Positions 28,084 through 37,172 of a stretch of 64,000 nt of DNA are shown here, piece after piece. The notes under the pieces were generated by a model, which had not been told where the DNA came from, ran no database searches, and saw only the letters and a program-made list of their open reading frames with translations. The stretch spans positions 276,245-340,244 of the forward strand of contig JAKASQ010000002.1 of the NCBI GenBank assembly GCA_021828195.1. The letters are read 5' to 3'. The DNA comes from Thermoplasmata archaeon (GTDB taxonomy: Archaea > Thermoplasmatota > Thermoplasmata > Lutacidiplasmatales > UBA184). Numbering within the stretch: position 1 is the first letter of the stretch; every line of letters begins with the position of its first letter. A program made the translations under genes and the position numbers.

Positions 28084-29631
28084 TCAGGCCGCTTCGCGCT
28101 CGCCCCAGTGGGCGACGCCTGCCGTGGAGAAGAGGTGGTCGAGCGCGGCGTGGTAATCTTCGGGGGAAGCGTGGAGGACGTCGCGCGCTTGGGCTTCGAG
28201 CGAGGCGCCGAACTCCTTCTCGGTGTTCGAGAACTGCCAGGAGTGCGCGGCCGCGCGCCCCAGCGCGAGCAGGATGCCGTAGGCAAGGCCGCGCTCCTTG
28301 CCCTCATGGGGGAGGGACTGGACCGCCGCCCGCTCGGCCGAGGGGATCCCTTGGCTGCGGAAGGCCCTCGCCACCGAGTCGACGTAGGCGGCCTCGCGCG
28401 TGAGGCGCGAATATCGGGGAAGCGCTCCGAGCACCTCCCGCTCCTCCGAGCGGCGCTGGGCCCGCTTCAACAGTTCCGCGATGCGGCCCGGGGCGCGCTG
28501 CCCTTCCTCCAGGTACTTCTGAGCTTCCTTCGGATCGGAGACGATCGAATGGACGATCGTGTCGGCGTGCCCGGCCCACAGGTGCTCGAGGGCTTTGCTC
28601 GCGGTCGCCTCCTCGATCTCGAACAGACCGCTCAACGCCCCGAGCGCCTCTTCGATGGCGCGGCGTTCGATCGGCGTCGCGTGGAGCGCGTTCAGGAACG
28701 CCTCGCGATCCGAGCCGTAGCATACCCCGCCGGCCACGAACGTCGGGGTCCGGGTCGCCTCGATCCGGGGCCGGATCTCGCTGAGATAGGTGGCGATGAG
28801 TTGCGCGTCCGAGAGCCGTCCCGCCTCGTACGCGCGTCGAGCGCCCCGGGAAAGCTCGGGGAGCGCGGCGTGAACGCACGTCTCTCCTCCGTGGCACGTG
28901 ACGTTCAGGGCGGCCTCGACGGGGAACTCTCCCTCCAGATCGGGCGTCACGATCCCCTGCGTGAGGGTCGCGAAGAGTTGCCGCTCGCCCTTCGCGCAGC
29001 GTCGGCACAGACGGAAGGTGGCGCGCGCCCCCGGCCATCCGACCTCCAGGTACGGGCGGGGCTCGCCGGAGCTGAGATGGACGCAGTCGTACCGGCCGCT
29101 CGGCACGTCGGCGATGAACCGGTACGGAAGCGCCGCGAGCTTCGCGGTCCGGAAGTCACCCGGGGGCTCGGGCGACCGGCCCGTGCACCACAGTCGGGTG
29201 GGTCCGGCGAAGAAGTGGAATCCCTTTCGGGCCCAGTCCTGGTACGCGAGGAGGAGCCGCTCGGGGTCCTCGAAGTGCTGGATGGCCACCTCGGCCTCCC
29301 GGGTCGCCCGGCTCAGCGGGGCGAAGGAGACCTGCTCGCCCCCCGGGACCGGGAACGCCACGACCGCCGGCATCTGGGGATCGTGGGAGAACTTCAGAAG
29401 CCCGGCATAGGCGCGGGGCAGCGGATCGCCCCAGTGGGACATCCGCTCGAGGCGGGACTCCTCGTCCCGGGCCTCGCGCACCTTCTCGAGGTCCTCCCGC
29501 ATCCGGTCGAAGCGATCGGTCGGGCACTCCGGGCCGAGCCGAGGGAGGAGCGGATCGACCGACTCCCGCAGCTTGCGCGCTCGCTCGAGCAGATCGTCCT
29601 TGCGCACCCCCGAGCCGTAACGCATCCGCAC
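28084..29631 (-). CDS. Hypothetical protein with Cys clusters
   Basis: 515-aa ORF with coding-like composition, CVH, CRRC, CHGGETC, GVCYG; follows guaAA on same strand. Confidence 0.75.
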   Translation of the reverse strand: MRMRYGSGVRKDDLLERARKLRESVDPLLPRLGPECPTDRFDRMREDLEKVREARDEESRLERMSHWGDPLPRAYAGLLKFSHDPQMPAVVAFPVPGGEQVSFAPLSRATREAEVAIQHFEDPERLLLAYQDWARKGFHFFAGPTRLWCTGRSPEPPGDFRTAKLAALPYRFIADVPSGRYDCVHLSSGEPRPYLEVGWPGARATFRLCRRCAKGERQLFATLTQGIVTPDLEGEFPVEAALNVTCHGGETCVHAALPELSRGARRAYEAGRLSDAQLIATYLSEIRPRIEATRTPTFVAGGVCYGSDREAFLNALHATPIERRAIEEALGALSGLFEIEEATASKALEHLWAGHADTIVHSIVSDPKEAQKYLEEGQRAPGRIAELLKRAQRRSEEREVLGALPRYSRLTREAAYVDSVARAFRSQGIPSAERAAVQSLPHEGKERGLAYGILLALGRAAAHSWQFSNTEKEFGASLEAQARDVLHASPEDYHAALDHLFSTAGVAHWGEREAA

Positions 29632-29664
29632 CGGAACACCGCCCTACGGAGCGAGGCCGGTTAC

Positions 29665-30246
29665 TTATCCCCGGCTCCTAACTTGCCGTCGGCACGCATC
29701 CAGGAAGTGGCGGAAGATCTCCCGGCCACCCTCGGTGTGCTCGACCTCGGGGTGGAACTGTACGCCCCAGATCGCCCGGCTCGGGTGGGCCATCGCCTGG
29801 ATGGGGCAGCTCGAGGAGTGGGCGATCGCGATCCATCCCGGTGGGGCCTCCACCACGTGGTCGTTGTGGCTCGACCAAGCCTGGAACTTCGGAGGCAGGC
29901 CGGCGAGGAGCGGGTGATCCGGTCGGTCGATCTCGATCTCCACCCGTCCGAACTCCGGAGCGCCGCGCACGACGCGCCCTCCGAAGTGACGGCCGAGGAA
30001 CTGATGGCCGACGCAGATCCCGAGGATCGGCACGTTCGCCCCGTCGATCCACTCGGCGACCTTCCCGAGCGGCGTGTCCGTTCCTTCCAGGCTCAACGCG
30101 CCGCCCGAGAGCACGATCCCATCTGCGCGCAACGCGTCCCACGACGTTGTGTTCGAGACGATCTCGCTCTCCGCCCCGAGCTCGCGCAGCACCCGCCACT
30201 CCCGGTGGGTCCACTGGCCCCCGTTGTCGATGACCGGGATCCTCAC
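29665..30246 (-). CDS. guaAA: GMP synthase glutamine amidotransferase subunit A
   Basis: IDNGGQWTHRE, LSGG, GICVGHQ, QFHPEVEHT; GTG start at 30246. Confidence 0.93.
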   Translation of the reverse strand: MRIPVIDNGGQWTHREWRVLRELGAESEIVSNTTSWDALRADGIVLSGGALSLEGTDTPLGKVAEWIDGANVPILGICVGHQFLGRHFGGRVVRGAPEFGRVEIEIDRPDHPLLAGLPPKFQAWSSHNDHVVEAPPGWIAIAHSSSCPIQAMAHPSRAIWGVQFHPEVEHTEGGREIFRHFLDACRRQVRSRG

Positions 30247-30599
30247 GGCCGATCCTCCGGATCCCCGGGGGGTGGGGGAGGCGGTCGAAGTTGCTCGTGG
30301 AGCCTTTCCACCGACACCTTGAGGTCGCGCACGTCCCCCCGCATCTGGAGCATCTCCTCCTCGAACGAGGAGAACTGCCCGGTGCCGAGCCAACGTTCCG
30401 AGATATACAGGCCGATGAAGATCGCCCCGACGAGCGCGAGGATCGTCGTGAAGACGAGCGCGGAGATGAGGGAGATCGGGTTCGCGATGATCGACTGGAT
30501 CGGCAGCGTGAACAGTTGGGTGATCTCCGCGAGCTCGACGCCGAGCAGGACCGCGACCACGCCGACCCAGAAGATGAGCACCCAGCGCGACGCCTTCAT
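30243..30599 (-). CDS. Small membrane protein with C-terminal coiled coil
   Basis: Two TM segments; 4-nt overlaps with neighbours. Confidence 0.75.
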   Translation of the reverse strand: MKASRWVLIFWVGVVAVLLGVELAEITQLFTLPIQSIIANPISLISALVFTTILALVGAIFIGLYISERWLGTGQFSSFEEEMLQMRGDVRDLKVSVERLHEQLRPPPPPPGDPEDRP

Positions 30600-31147
30600 C
30601 GCGTGGCTCCGACGTCCGAGAGGAGGATGGCGACGGGTTGTTGGGAACCGGTGAGCTGGATGGAACGGGGAACGTCCACGCCGGTCGTGTAGGAGCGGAA
30701 GAACAAGGTGTTGCCGGAGACCTCGAACGCGATGATCGCCACGTACCACGCGCTCCCCACCTTCGCGGTCGTGTAGTACGCGGAAACGTTGATCGCGACC
30801 GGATTGCCGGCGTACGAGGTGCCGATCGCGACGAGGTTCGTCCCATTCGTCCAGTTCCCCCAGCGGAGCGATCCGACCGACGGTGGAGCGCTCCAGTTGT
30901 AGTTCTCGGCGATGCCGATGCTCAGGCTCGCGTAGCGGATGTTGCCGATCGCGTGGAGGTAGAGGTACGAGGTCATGTTCACCCCCGGGTAGTCGACGAT
31001 GATCTCCGCCTGAGTAAAGATCGTCCCCGCCGCCGGCACCCCCGAACCGATGAGGACCGGAGTGAGCACGATCAGTACGAGCAGGATCGCCGCGACCCCG
31101 ACGAGCGGGATGGGGAAGTAGCGTCGGGCGCCCCGCGCGGCCGTCAC
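30596..31147 (-). CDS. Membrane-anchored extracellular hypothetical protein
   Basis: N-terminal TM helix, N-x-S/T sequons, beta-rich composition. Confidence 0.75.
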   Translation of the reverse strand: MTAARGARRYFPIPLVGVAAILLVLIVLTPVLIGSGVPAAGTIFTQAEIIVDYPGVNMTSYLYLHAIGNIRYASLSIGIAENYNWSAPPSVGSLRWGNWTNGTNLVAIGTSYAGNPVAINVSAYYTTAKVGSAWYVAIIAFEVSGNTLFFRSYTTGVDVPRSIQLTGSQQPVAILLSDVGATR

Positions 31148-31716
31148 GTGCCTTCCTTCCAGCCGCGATACAAATGATGGGGCACGCCGAACTGATCGAG
31201 CAGCTTTCCCGCGAGATACTCGGCCGCCTCGCTGAGCCGCTCGATGCCGAGGTAGTAGGGGGGCGCAGCGTCCAGGACGACCACCCCGAGCTCGCTCAGG
31301 GTGGTCAGGTGGCGCAGATCGAGCGTGGACAGCGGGGTCTCCCGCGGAACGATGACGAGCGCACGCCGCTCCTTCAGGTGAACGTGCGCCGCGCGGGTCA
31401 GGAGATTGTCGCCGAGGCCGAGGGCGATGTGGGCCACGGTGTTCGACGAGCAGGGGACGATTGCCATCCCGCGCGTGGGTCGTGAGCCGCTCGCGATCGG
31501 AGCGGCGATGTCCGACTCGTCGTACGTGGCGGTCACGTACGGGGCGAGATCGGAGACGCGGAGCCCGGCTTCCTCCTTCAGGACCGCCTCCCCTCCCCGA
31601 GAGACGACCAGGAGGACCGAGACCTTCGCGGCATGCAGCGCCTGGAGCGCGGCCACGGCGATCGGTGCGCCGCTCGATCCAGAGATGCCGATGACCAGGG
31701 GCGCGTCTGAGTTCAC
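31144..31716 (-). CDS. ubiX: Flavin prenyltransferase
   Basis: IGISGSSG, APIASGS, PCSSNT, LKERRALVIVPRETP. Confidence 0.93.
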   Translation of the reverse strand: MNSDAPLVIGISGSSGAPIAVAALQALHAAKVSVLLVVSRGGEAVLKEEAGLRVSDLAPYVTATYDESDIAAPIASGSRPTRGMAIVPCSSNTVAHIALGLGDNLLTRAAHVHLKERRALVIVPRETPLSTLDLRHLTTLSELGVVVLDAAPPYYLGIERLSEAAEYLAGKLLDQFGVPHHLYRGWKEGT

Positions 31717-31782
31717 GTGGGTGGTCCTCCCTATGGGGCTAGCTTCTTGAACGATTCGGGCGATAAGACGATTCGGAGGCGG

Positions 31783-32949
31783 ATGGGCATGCATCGGGCG
31801 GCGATCATCGGGGCGGGACACACCCGCTTCGGCGTCCTCGAGGCCGGTCCGCGCGCGCTCCTCGGGACCGCCGTCGCCGAGTCCTTCGCTTCGGTCGACC
31901 GGAATCTCGAGCGGAACCAGGTCGCGGAGGCGTACCTCGCGACCCTCGGGTTCGGCGGATGGCAGATCGGGAACGCCTCTACGGTCCTCGCGGAAGAGGC
32001 GGGCCTCATCGGGATCCCCGTGACCCGGATCGAGAACGCATGCGCCTCGGGCGGGTTCGCCATCCGCGCCGCGGTCCGAGCGGTGGAGCGAGGAGACCGC
32101 GACGTGGTCCTGGTCGCGGGTCTCGAGAAGATGACGGACGTGCCGAACGCTCGCCGTCGATACTGGCTCGGCGTCTCGGGGGACACGGAGTGGGAGCGAC
32201 TCGCGGGGCTCACCTTCGCCGGCGTCTACGGGTTGCTCGCGTCGCGTTACCTCGCGGATCACCGCCTCGGACCCGAGGCCCTCGCGGAGGTGGCGGTCAA
32301 GAACCACGAGAACGGGCGACTCAATCCCAATGCTCAGTTCCGCAAGGCGCTCCACCGCGACGACGTACTGGGCGCCCCCCGCGTCGCGGATCCGCTCGGG
32401 CTCTACGATTGCTGCCCCGTTTCGGACGGCGCCGCGGCCCTGTTGATCGCACGGGGCGACATCGCCTCTCGGTTCACGGACACGCCGGTCTATGTTGACG
32501 GGACCGGCGCCGGATCCGACTATCTGGCCGTCCAGGAGCGCGAACGATTCACCCGTCTCGACGCGACCCGTCGGGCGGCCGAAGAGGCGTTCCGTGAGGC
32601 TCGGGCCGAACGGAAAGGGATCTCGCTGCTCGAGGTCCACGATTGCTTCACGATCGCCGAGCTCCTCGCCCTTGAAGACCTGGGCTTTGCCGGAAACGGT
32701 GAGGCCGCGGCGCTGACCCTATCGGGAGAGACCCGCCGGACCGGTCGACTTCCCGTGAATCCGGACGGAGGCTTGAAGGCCAAGGGCCACCCGATCGGTG
32801 CCACCGGAGTGAGCCAGGCCTACGAGGCGTTCGTCCAGCTTCGCCGCCAGGCCGGCGCGCGCCAGGTGCCCGGGGCCGAGCGCGCCCTGACGCACAACGT
32901 GGGGGGCTCCGGAGCGAGCGCCACCGTCACGTTGTTCTCGGTGGGGTGA
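31783..32949 (+). CDS. Archaeal thiolase (acetyl-CoA acetyltransferase)
   Basis: ENACASG, KNHENG, CCPVSDGA, EVHDCF, GHPIGATG, HNVGG. Confidence 0.94.
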   Translation: MGMHRAAIIGAGHTRFGVLEAGPRALLGTAVAESFASVDRNLERNQVAEAYLATLGFGGWQIGNASTVLAEEAGLIGIPVTRIENACASGGFAIRAAVRAVERGDRDVVLVAGLEKMTDVPNARRRYWLGVSGDTEWERLAGLTFAGVYGLLASRYLADHRLGPEALAEVAVKNHENGRLNPNAQFRKALHRDDVLGAPRVADPLGLYDCCPVSDGAAALLIARGDIASRFTDTPVYVDGTGAGSDYLAVQERERFTRLDATRRAAEEAFREARAERKGISLLEVHDCFTIAELLALEDLGFAGNGEAAALTLSGETRRTGRLPVNPDGGLKAKGHPIGATGVSQAYEAFVQLRRQAGARQVPGAERALTHNVGGSGASATVTLFSVG

Positions 32950-32953
32950 GACC

Positions 32954-34081
32954 ATCCCGGCGATCCTGCGCGCATCGTGCGTCATCCCTCATTCCGAGTC
33001 GGGGGGGCTCCGCGGGTTTGCTCCCGATGAGGACGAGTTCACCATCGGCGTCGCCGCGCTCGAACGGCTCCTCGAGCGATCCGATCCTGCCCATGCGGTC
33101 GAGACCGCTCACCTCGTCGGCCAGTTCCCGGCTTCGGTGGATCGGTGGATCCCGGAGCTCCTGGGCCACCCGGTGACGATCGTCCGGCACGACGACCCGC
33201 CCGAAGGGCTCGTCGTGGCCGTACGGGCGGCCCTGAGCGAGCACCTCGGGGTCCACGCGATTCTCGCGGTCGATACACCGGCGAGCGGACCCGGGGCTCC
33301 CTCCGGTGCGGTCGCCGTTGGGCTACTGATCGGGAGCGGAACCGGGATCGAGATCGCGGGGTCACCGGGGTCCTCCTCCATGGCGCCGGAGATCCCTTCG
33401 GTGCGAGGTGTTGGCGTCCCCCGACGGACCGGACCGGCCTTTGCGCTTCACTCCCGGTTCGCAGGCGCCCGGGCCCCGGAAGCCCACCCGGGCGCCGCGG
33501 AGGCCGTCCGCTTCGACGGCATCGAGTTTCGAGCAACCGGGCCGATCAAGTGGGTGGGTGACTGGGCGGGCGGACCGGAACCCTCCTTCCCGTACGACGC
33601 CATACGACGCGCGGCCACCGGGAGGGATCGCCTGTTCGCGGTGTCCGAAGGCGCCTACGTTCCACGGCCGCGATACGTGGAGAACCTGCCCAGCCGGTGG
33701 CGTTTCGTCGCCGAGCGATGCGGTCACTGCCAGCGCATCACCTTCCCGGTCCGGGGGAGCTGCCGGGCCTGCCATCGAGCGGACCGGCTCGAACGGATCG
33801 CGCTCCCACTCCGCGGAGGAACGGTGCTCGCCAGCACGGTCGTGGCCCGAGGGGGACAGCCGACCGAGTTCGACCACCAGGTCGACGAAAGTGGCCCGTA
33901 CGGGGTCGTGCTCGTGGAGCTCGCCCCGATGGTCCGGGTGACGCTCCAGGTCGCCGATGCGCTCCCGGGTACCGTGCACATCGGCGATCGGGTGGAGACC
34001 CGGCTCCGGCGCCTCTACCCCATGGAGGGCGAGTGGCGCTATGGCCGAAAGGCGGTGCCCATGGCCCCCACGGGGCGTTAG
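32954..34081 (+). CDS. Degenerate HMG-CoA-synthase-like N-terminus fused to DUF35 (Zn-ribbon + OB-fold)
   Basis: Frame open from 32891; APDEDEFTIGVAA upstream of the track start; C-terminal SEGAYVP, CGHC..CRAC, OB-fold, RYGRKA; start codon apparently ATC. Confidence 0.75.
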   Translation: MPAILRASCVIPHSESGGLRGFAPDEDEFTIGVAALERLLERSDPAHAVETAHLVGQFPASVDRWIPELLGHPVTIVRHDDPPEGLVVAVRAALSEHLGVHAILAVDTPASGPGAPSGAVAVGLLIGSGTGIEIAGSPGSSSMAPEIPSVRGVGVPRRTGPAFALHSRFAGARAPEAHPGAAEAVRFDGIEFRATGPIKWVGDWAGGPEPSFPYDAIRRAATGRDRLFAVSEGAYVPRPRYVENLPSRWRFVAERCGHCQRITFPVRGSCRACHRADRLERIALPLRGGTVLASTVVARGGQPTEFDHQVDESGPYGVVLVELAPMVRVTLQVADALPGTVHIGDRVETRLRRLYPMEGEWRYGRKAVPMAPTGR

Positions 34082-34269
34082 CGCTTCCTCGTCTCCGGGG
34101 CCGGCGCGGCGGCTTCCCAGGGGACTCCGACCCAGGCGAGGTAGAATCCGGGGACTCAAGAGGGAAAGACGAGGTCGACGAGGGGCGCCGCTACGTCGCT
34201 CAGCTCGAGGGTGAACTTCCCCCGGTGCTCGCCCGAAGGGTCGGGTCCGACGCTATAGTGGATCTGCAT
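34078..34269 (-). pseudogene. Remnant of an M61-family aminopeptidase N-terminus
   Basis: MQIHYSV...H...LELSD...DLVFPS*VPGFYL resembles the M61 PxWxPGSY motif; W codon is TGA at 34156-34158 and the frame ends after 63 codons. Confidence 0.6.
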
Positions 34270-34307
34270 GCTCTCTCCCTCAGGGTACCGGCCACGGGGG
34301 GCGGAGG

Positions 34308-34532
34308 TCAGCCGAACCCGGGAAGGTCACGGTCGCGCTCGGTCGTGGCGGTCCGTTTGGCGTACGGTTCCGACGCGATCCCGAGGTGGGTCGCTAGCTG
34401 TTTGAACGTCTGCGCGAGCTGCGCCACGGACCGCGCCATCGCGCGCTGCTCCGTCCGCAGATCGTTAAGCTCCTGTCGGAGGGCGTGAAGTTCGGTCTCC
34501 CAGCGCGTCGGGTCGGAAGCGGGGCTTGTCAT
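34308..34532 (-). CDS. Small coiled-coil hypothetical protein
   Basis: 74-aa heptad-like ORF. Confidence 0.65.
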   Translation of the reverse strand: MTSPASDPTRWETELHALRQELNDLRTEQRAMARSVAQLAQTFKQLATHLGIASEPYAKRTATTERDRDLPGFG

Positions 34533-34593
34533 TTCGATGGCTCCGGGGAGCGCGATTCCGCACCGCTACATAGCGGCCGCGTAGGGGGCCGGC

Positions 34594-35160
34594 CTATCGC
34601 GTGCCGTCCGGGCCAAACGGACTCTCGCTGCGTCCGCGCTCCTCGAAGGCGATCCAGTCCCCGGCCCCCGGGGAGTAGTCGACCCGTTGGAGCTCGACCA
34701 CGAACTCCTTGAGGAGGTCGGAACGCGCGGGCCAGAACGAGAGACGGTAGACGTAGATGCCGAAACTCATGAACTCGACGATCCTTCTCAGGACCTCGAC
34801 GAGGTCCTCCCGGGGCACGGTGACCCGGAGTGACGTCTCTCCCAACATCTGGGCGAACTCATCGACATCGAAGGGGCGCTCGAGACTGATCAGGGAGATC
34901 GGGGCGGAAACTTCGGGCGCGCTCGGCTTCGATGGAGCGCTGGTGGCTGGGGTGCCCGGTGGGGCTGCCGGGATCGCCGCGCTGCTCGGGGGTCCTTTCA
35001 CGAGCGTGGCGGGGTCCTTGGCCGGGTACTTGTCTAGAACCAGGGAAGCGTCGCGACCCACGAACTTGGGGCCCGCAGGAGCCCGGGTGCGGGTAGGCGC
35101 GCTCTTGGGCGGTATCCTCGGCCCCTTGCGTCCCGGCTTTGCCTTTCGTTTTCCTACCAT
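34594..35160 (-). CDS. Hypothetical protein with Lys/Pro-rich N-terminus
   Basis: ATG at 35160 with TTTTAC TATA-like element upstream on minus strand; globular C-terminal half. Confidence 0.75.
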   Translation of the reverse strand: MVGKRKAKPGRKGPRIPPKSAPTRTRAPAGPKFVGRDASLVLDKYPAKDPATLVKGPPSSAAIPAAPPGTPATSAPSKPSAPEVSAPISLISLERPFDVDEFAQMLGETSLRVTVPREDLVEVLRRIVEFMSFGIYVYRLSFWPARSDLLKEFVVELQRVDYSPGAGDWIAFEERGRSESPFGPDGTR

Positions 35161-35417
35161 ACTCGGTGCTGCTCCTCGGAGGGCACTAACCGCCAGGGGT
35201 ACGTAAAAGGTAGGGGGATCCTGGGAAGGGAGCGGGGGTTCCGGGGTGAGCTGCCTAGCCTGACATTGAGGGGTGTAGCGATGAAGGCCATGCGAAACTA
35301 CGTCACGGGAGCCCACTATTGTAGCGACCTTGACGACAACTGGATTAAGTAGGGTGGGGTTTCATCCCATCCTAGGTCGGCGGGGAAACCCTAGGACCGG
35401 AGGAAGAGGTAACGAAC

Positions 35418-37130
35418 ATGCCCGCACGTGTGATGAAGGAGTTCCAGGCGCCCCGAGGTCTGCCCCGGAAGACGGCGTCGGTCTGCCCGGAGTGTATCAA
35501 GGTTATTCCGGCGGTCGTCCGTGAGAAGGATGGCCGCGTGATCATGGAGAAGACGTGCCGCTCGCACGGGTACTTCTGGGACATCATCTCCAACGACGTC
35601 GACTTCTACCTGCGCATGGAAGTCTATGCGCACGACGGGGTCGGCTACGAGAACCCCTACTACGACAAGTTCCGGGGCTGCCCCACCACCTGCGGCATGT
35701 GCAGCCACCACAAGTCCCACACCGGTCTCGCCTTGATGGACCTGACCAACCGCTGCAATCTGAAATGCCCGGTCTGTTTCGCGAACGCGAACGCCGCGGG
35801 GTACGTCTACGAACCGACCCGCGAGCAGATCCACTTCATGCTGAAGACGCTCCGGGAGCAGAAGCCCGTGGGAGCAGTCGCCGTGCAGTTCAGCGGTGGA
35901 GAGCCGACGCTCAGCCCGCTGTTCCTGGATGCCGTTTCCATGGCGCGGGATGCCGGGTTCAAGCAGATCCAAGTCGCCACGAACGGGATCCGTTACGCGA
36001 ACGAACCCGGGTTCGCCCAGGCGTCGCGCGACGCGGGACTCCACACCCTGTACCTCCAGTTCGATGGCCTGGACGACGAGATCTACCGGAAGGTGCGTGG
36101 CGTTCCGCTGCTTAAGGTCAAGCAGAAGGTCATCCAGGCGGCGCGCGAGACGCACACCTCCCCCGCGGAGCTGGCCCAGGGCAAGCCGGACAAGCCCATC
36201 TCGGTCGTGCTCGTCCCGACGCTGGTCGGCGGGTTTAACGAGAAGGAGATCTGGCCGACCGTCAAGTTCGCGATCGACAACCTGGATGTCGTCCGGGGAG
36301 TCAACTTCCAGCCGGTGGCCCTCACCGCGCGGATTCCCGACAAGGACCGCTTCCAGATGCGGTTCACCCAGTCGGACCTGGTGCGGATCCTGTGCACGGA
36401 CGGGCCGTTCGAGAAGTCGGATTTCTTCCCCGTCCCGTCGGTCGCCCCGATCTCGGAGCTGGTCTCGATCATCCACGGAGAGGAAAAGATGACGCTGACC
36501 ACGCACCCCGGATGCGGGTGCGCGACGTTCGCGTTCATCTCGCAGGACGGTCAGAAGATCACACCGCTCCCGCGCTTCATGGATGTCGACGGCTTCTTCG
36601 AGAGCGTCGAGGGTATGATCGACAAGTACCGGGACGCCCGCTTCTCGCGGGTGCGCACGGCCGTCGCCGGCGCTCGCCTGCTCCACGATGTCGCGAAGTT
36701 CTTCGACTTCTCGCGGGCCCCGGAGGGCCTCAGCGAAAAGAACTGCGTGAAGGTCATCGCCTCGATCTTCACCGAGGGGAACAAGGAGGCCGTCGCAAAG
36801 TTCACCTGGCGGACCCTCTACATCGGGAACATGCACTTCCAGGACGCCTACGACTACGATATCCAGCGTCTGATGCGCTGCGACATCCACTACTCGGTCC
36901 CCGACGGGCGGATCATTCCGTTCTGCTCGTACAATTCCGGTCCGATCTACCGGACGGAGGTCGAGAAGAAGTTCTCGATCCCCATCCCGGACTGGCAGCG
37001 CGCGAAGACCCAGTCGGGTGCCACGCTGAAGACCATCGAGACGATGGGAGTCAACGGCGAGGTCATCGTCGACCCCGAGTACTACAAGATCCGGGCACTG
37101 AAGAGCGCCCCGGGGATGTCGTCGACGTAG
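35418..37130 (+). CDS. tes: Tetraether lipid synthase (GDGT-MAS/Tes, MJ0619-type radical SAM)
   Basis: SVCPEC..KTCRSHG, GCPTTCGMCSHH, DLTNRCNLKCPVCFANA, THPGCG, MHFQDAYDYD, RCDIHY, GRIIPFCSYN. Confidence 0.9.
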   Translation: MPARVMKEFQAPRGLPRKTASVCPECIKVIPAVVREKDGRVIMEKTCRSHGYFWDIISNDVDFYLRMEVYAHDGVGYENPYYDKFRGCPTTCGMCSHHKSHTGLALMDLTNRCNLKCPVCFANANAAGYVYEPTREQIHFMLKTLREQKPVGAVAVQFSGGEPTLSPLFLDAVSMARDAGFKQIQVATNGIRYANEPGFAQASRDAGLHTLYLQFDGLDDEIYRKVRGVPLLKVKQKVIQAARETHTSPAELAQGKPDKPISVVLVPTLVGGFNEKEIWPTVKFAIDNLDVVRGVNFQPVALTARIPDKDRFQMRFTQSDLVRILCTDGPFEKSDFFPVPSVAPISELVSIIHGEEKMTLTTHPGCGCATFAFISQDGQKITPLPRFMDVDGFFESVEGMIDKYRDARFSRVRTAVAGARLLHDVAKFFDFSRAPEGLSEKNCVKVIASIFTEGNKEAVAKFTWRTLYIGNMHFQDAYDYDIQRLMRCDIHYSVPDGRIIPFCSYNSGPIYRTEVEKKFSIPIPDWQRAKTQSGATLKTIETMGVNGEVIVDPEYYKIRALKSAPGMSST

Positions 37131-37172
37131 GGCGGCGCCCGGCGCGCACCGGTCCAACCCCTTCTTCTTTCC

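Noticed and set aside
34156..34158. In-frame TGA as selenocysteine in a small protein
   Set aside because: The context PS*VPGFY matches the Trp of the M61 PxWxPGSY motif, no SECIS-like element is evident, and TGG>TGA decay is simpler
35216..35300. SRP helix 8 (GGAAGGGAGC) or hammerhead ribozyme (GATGA...GAAA)
   Set aside because: Lacks the CAGG side of helix 8 and the length of SRP RNA; lacks the CUGANGA core and third stem of a hammerhead
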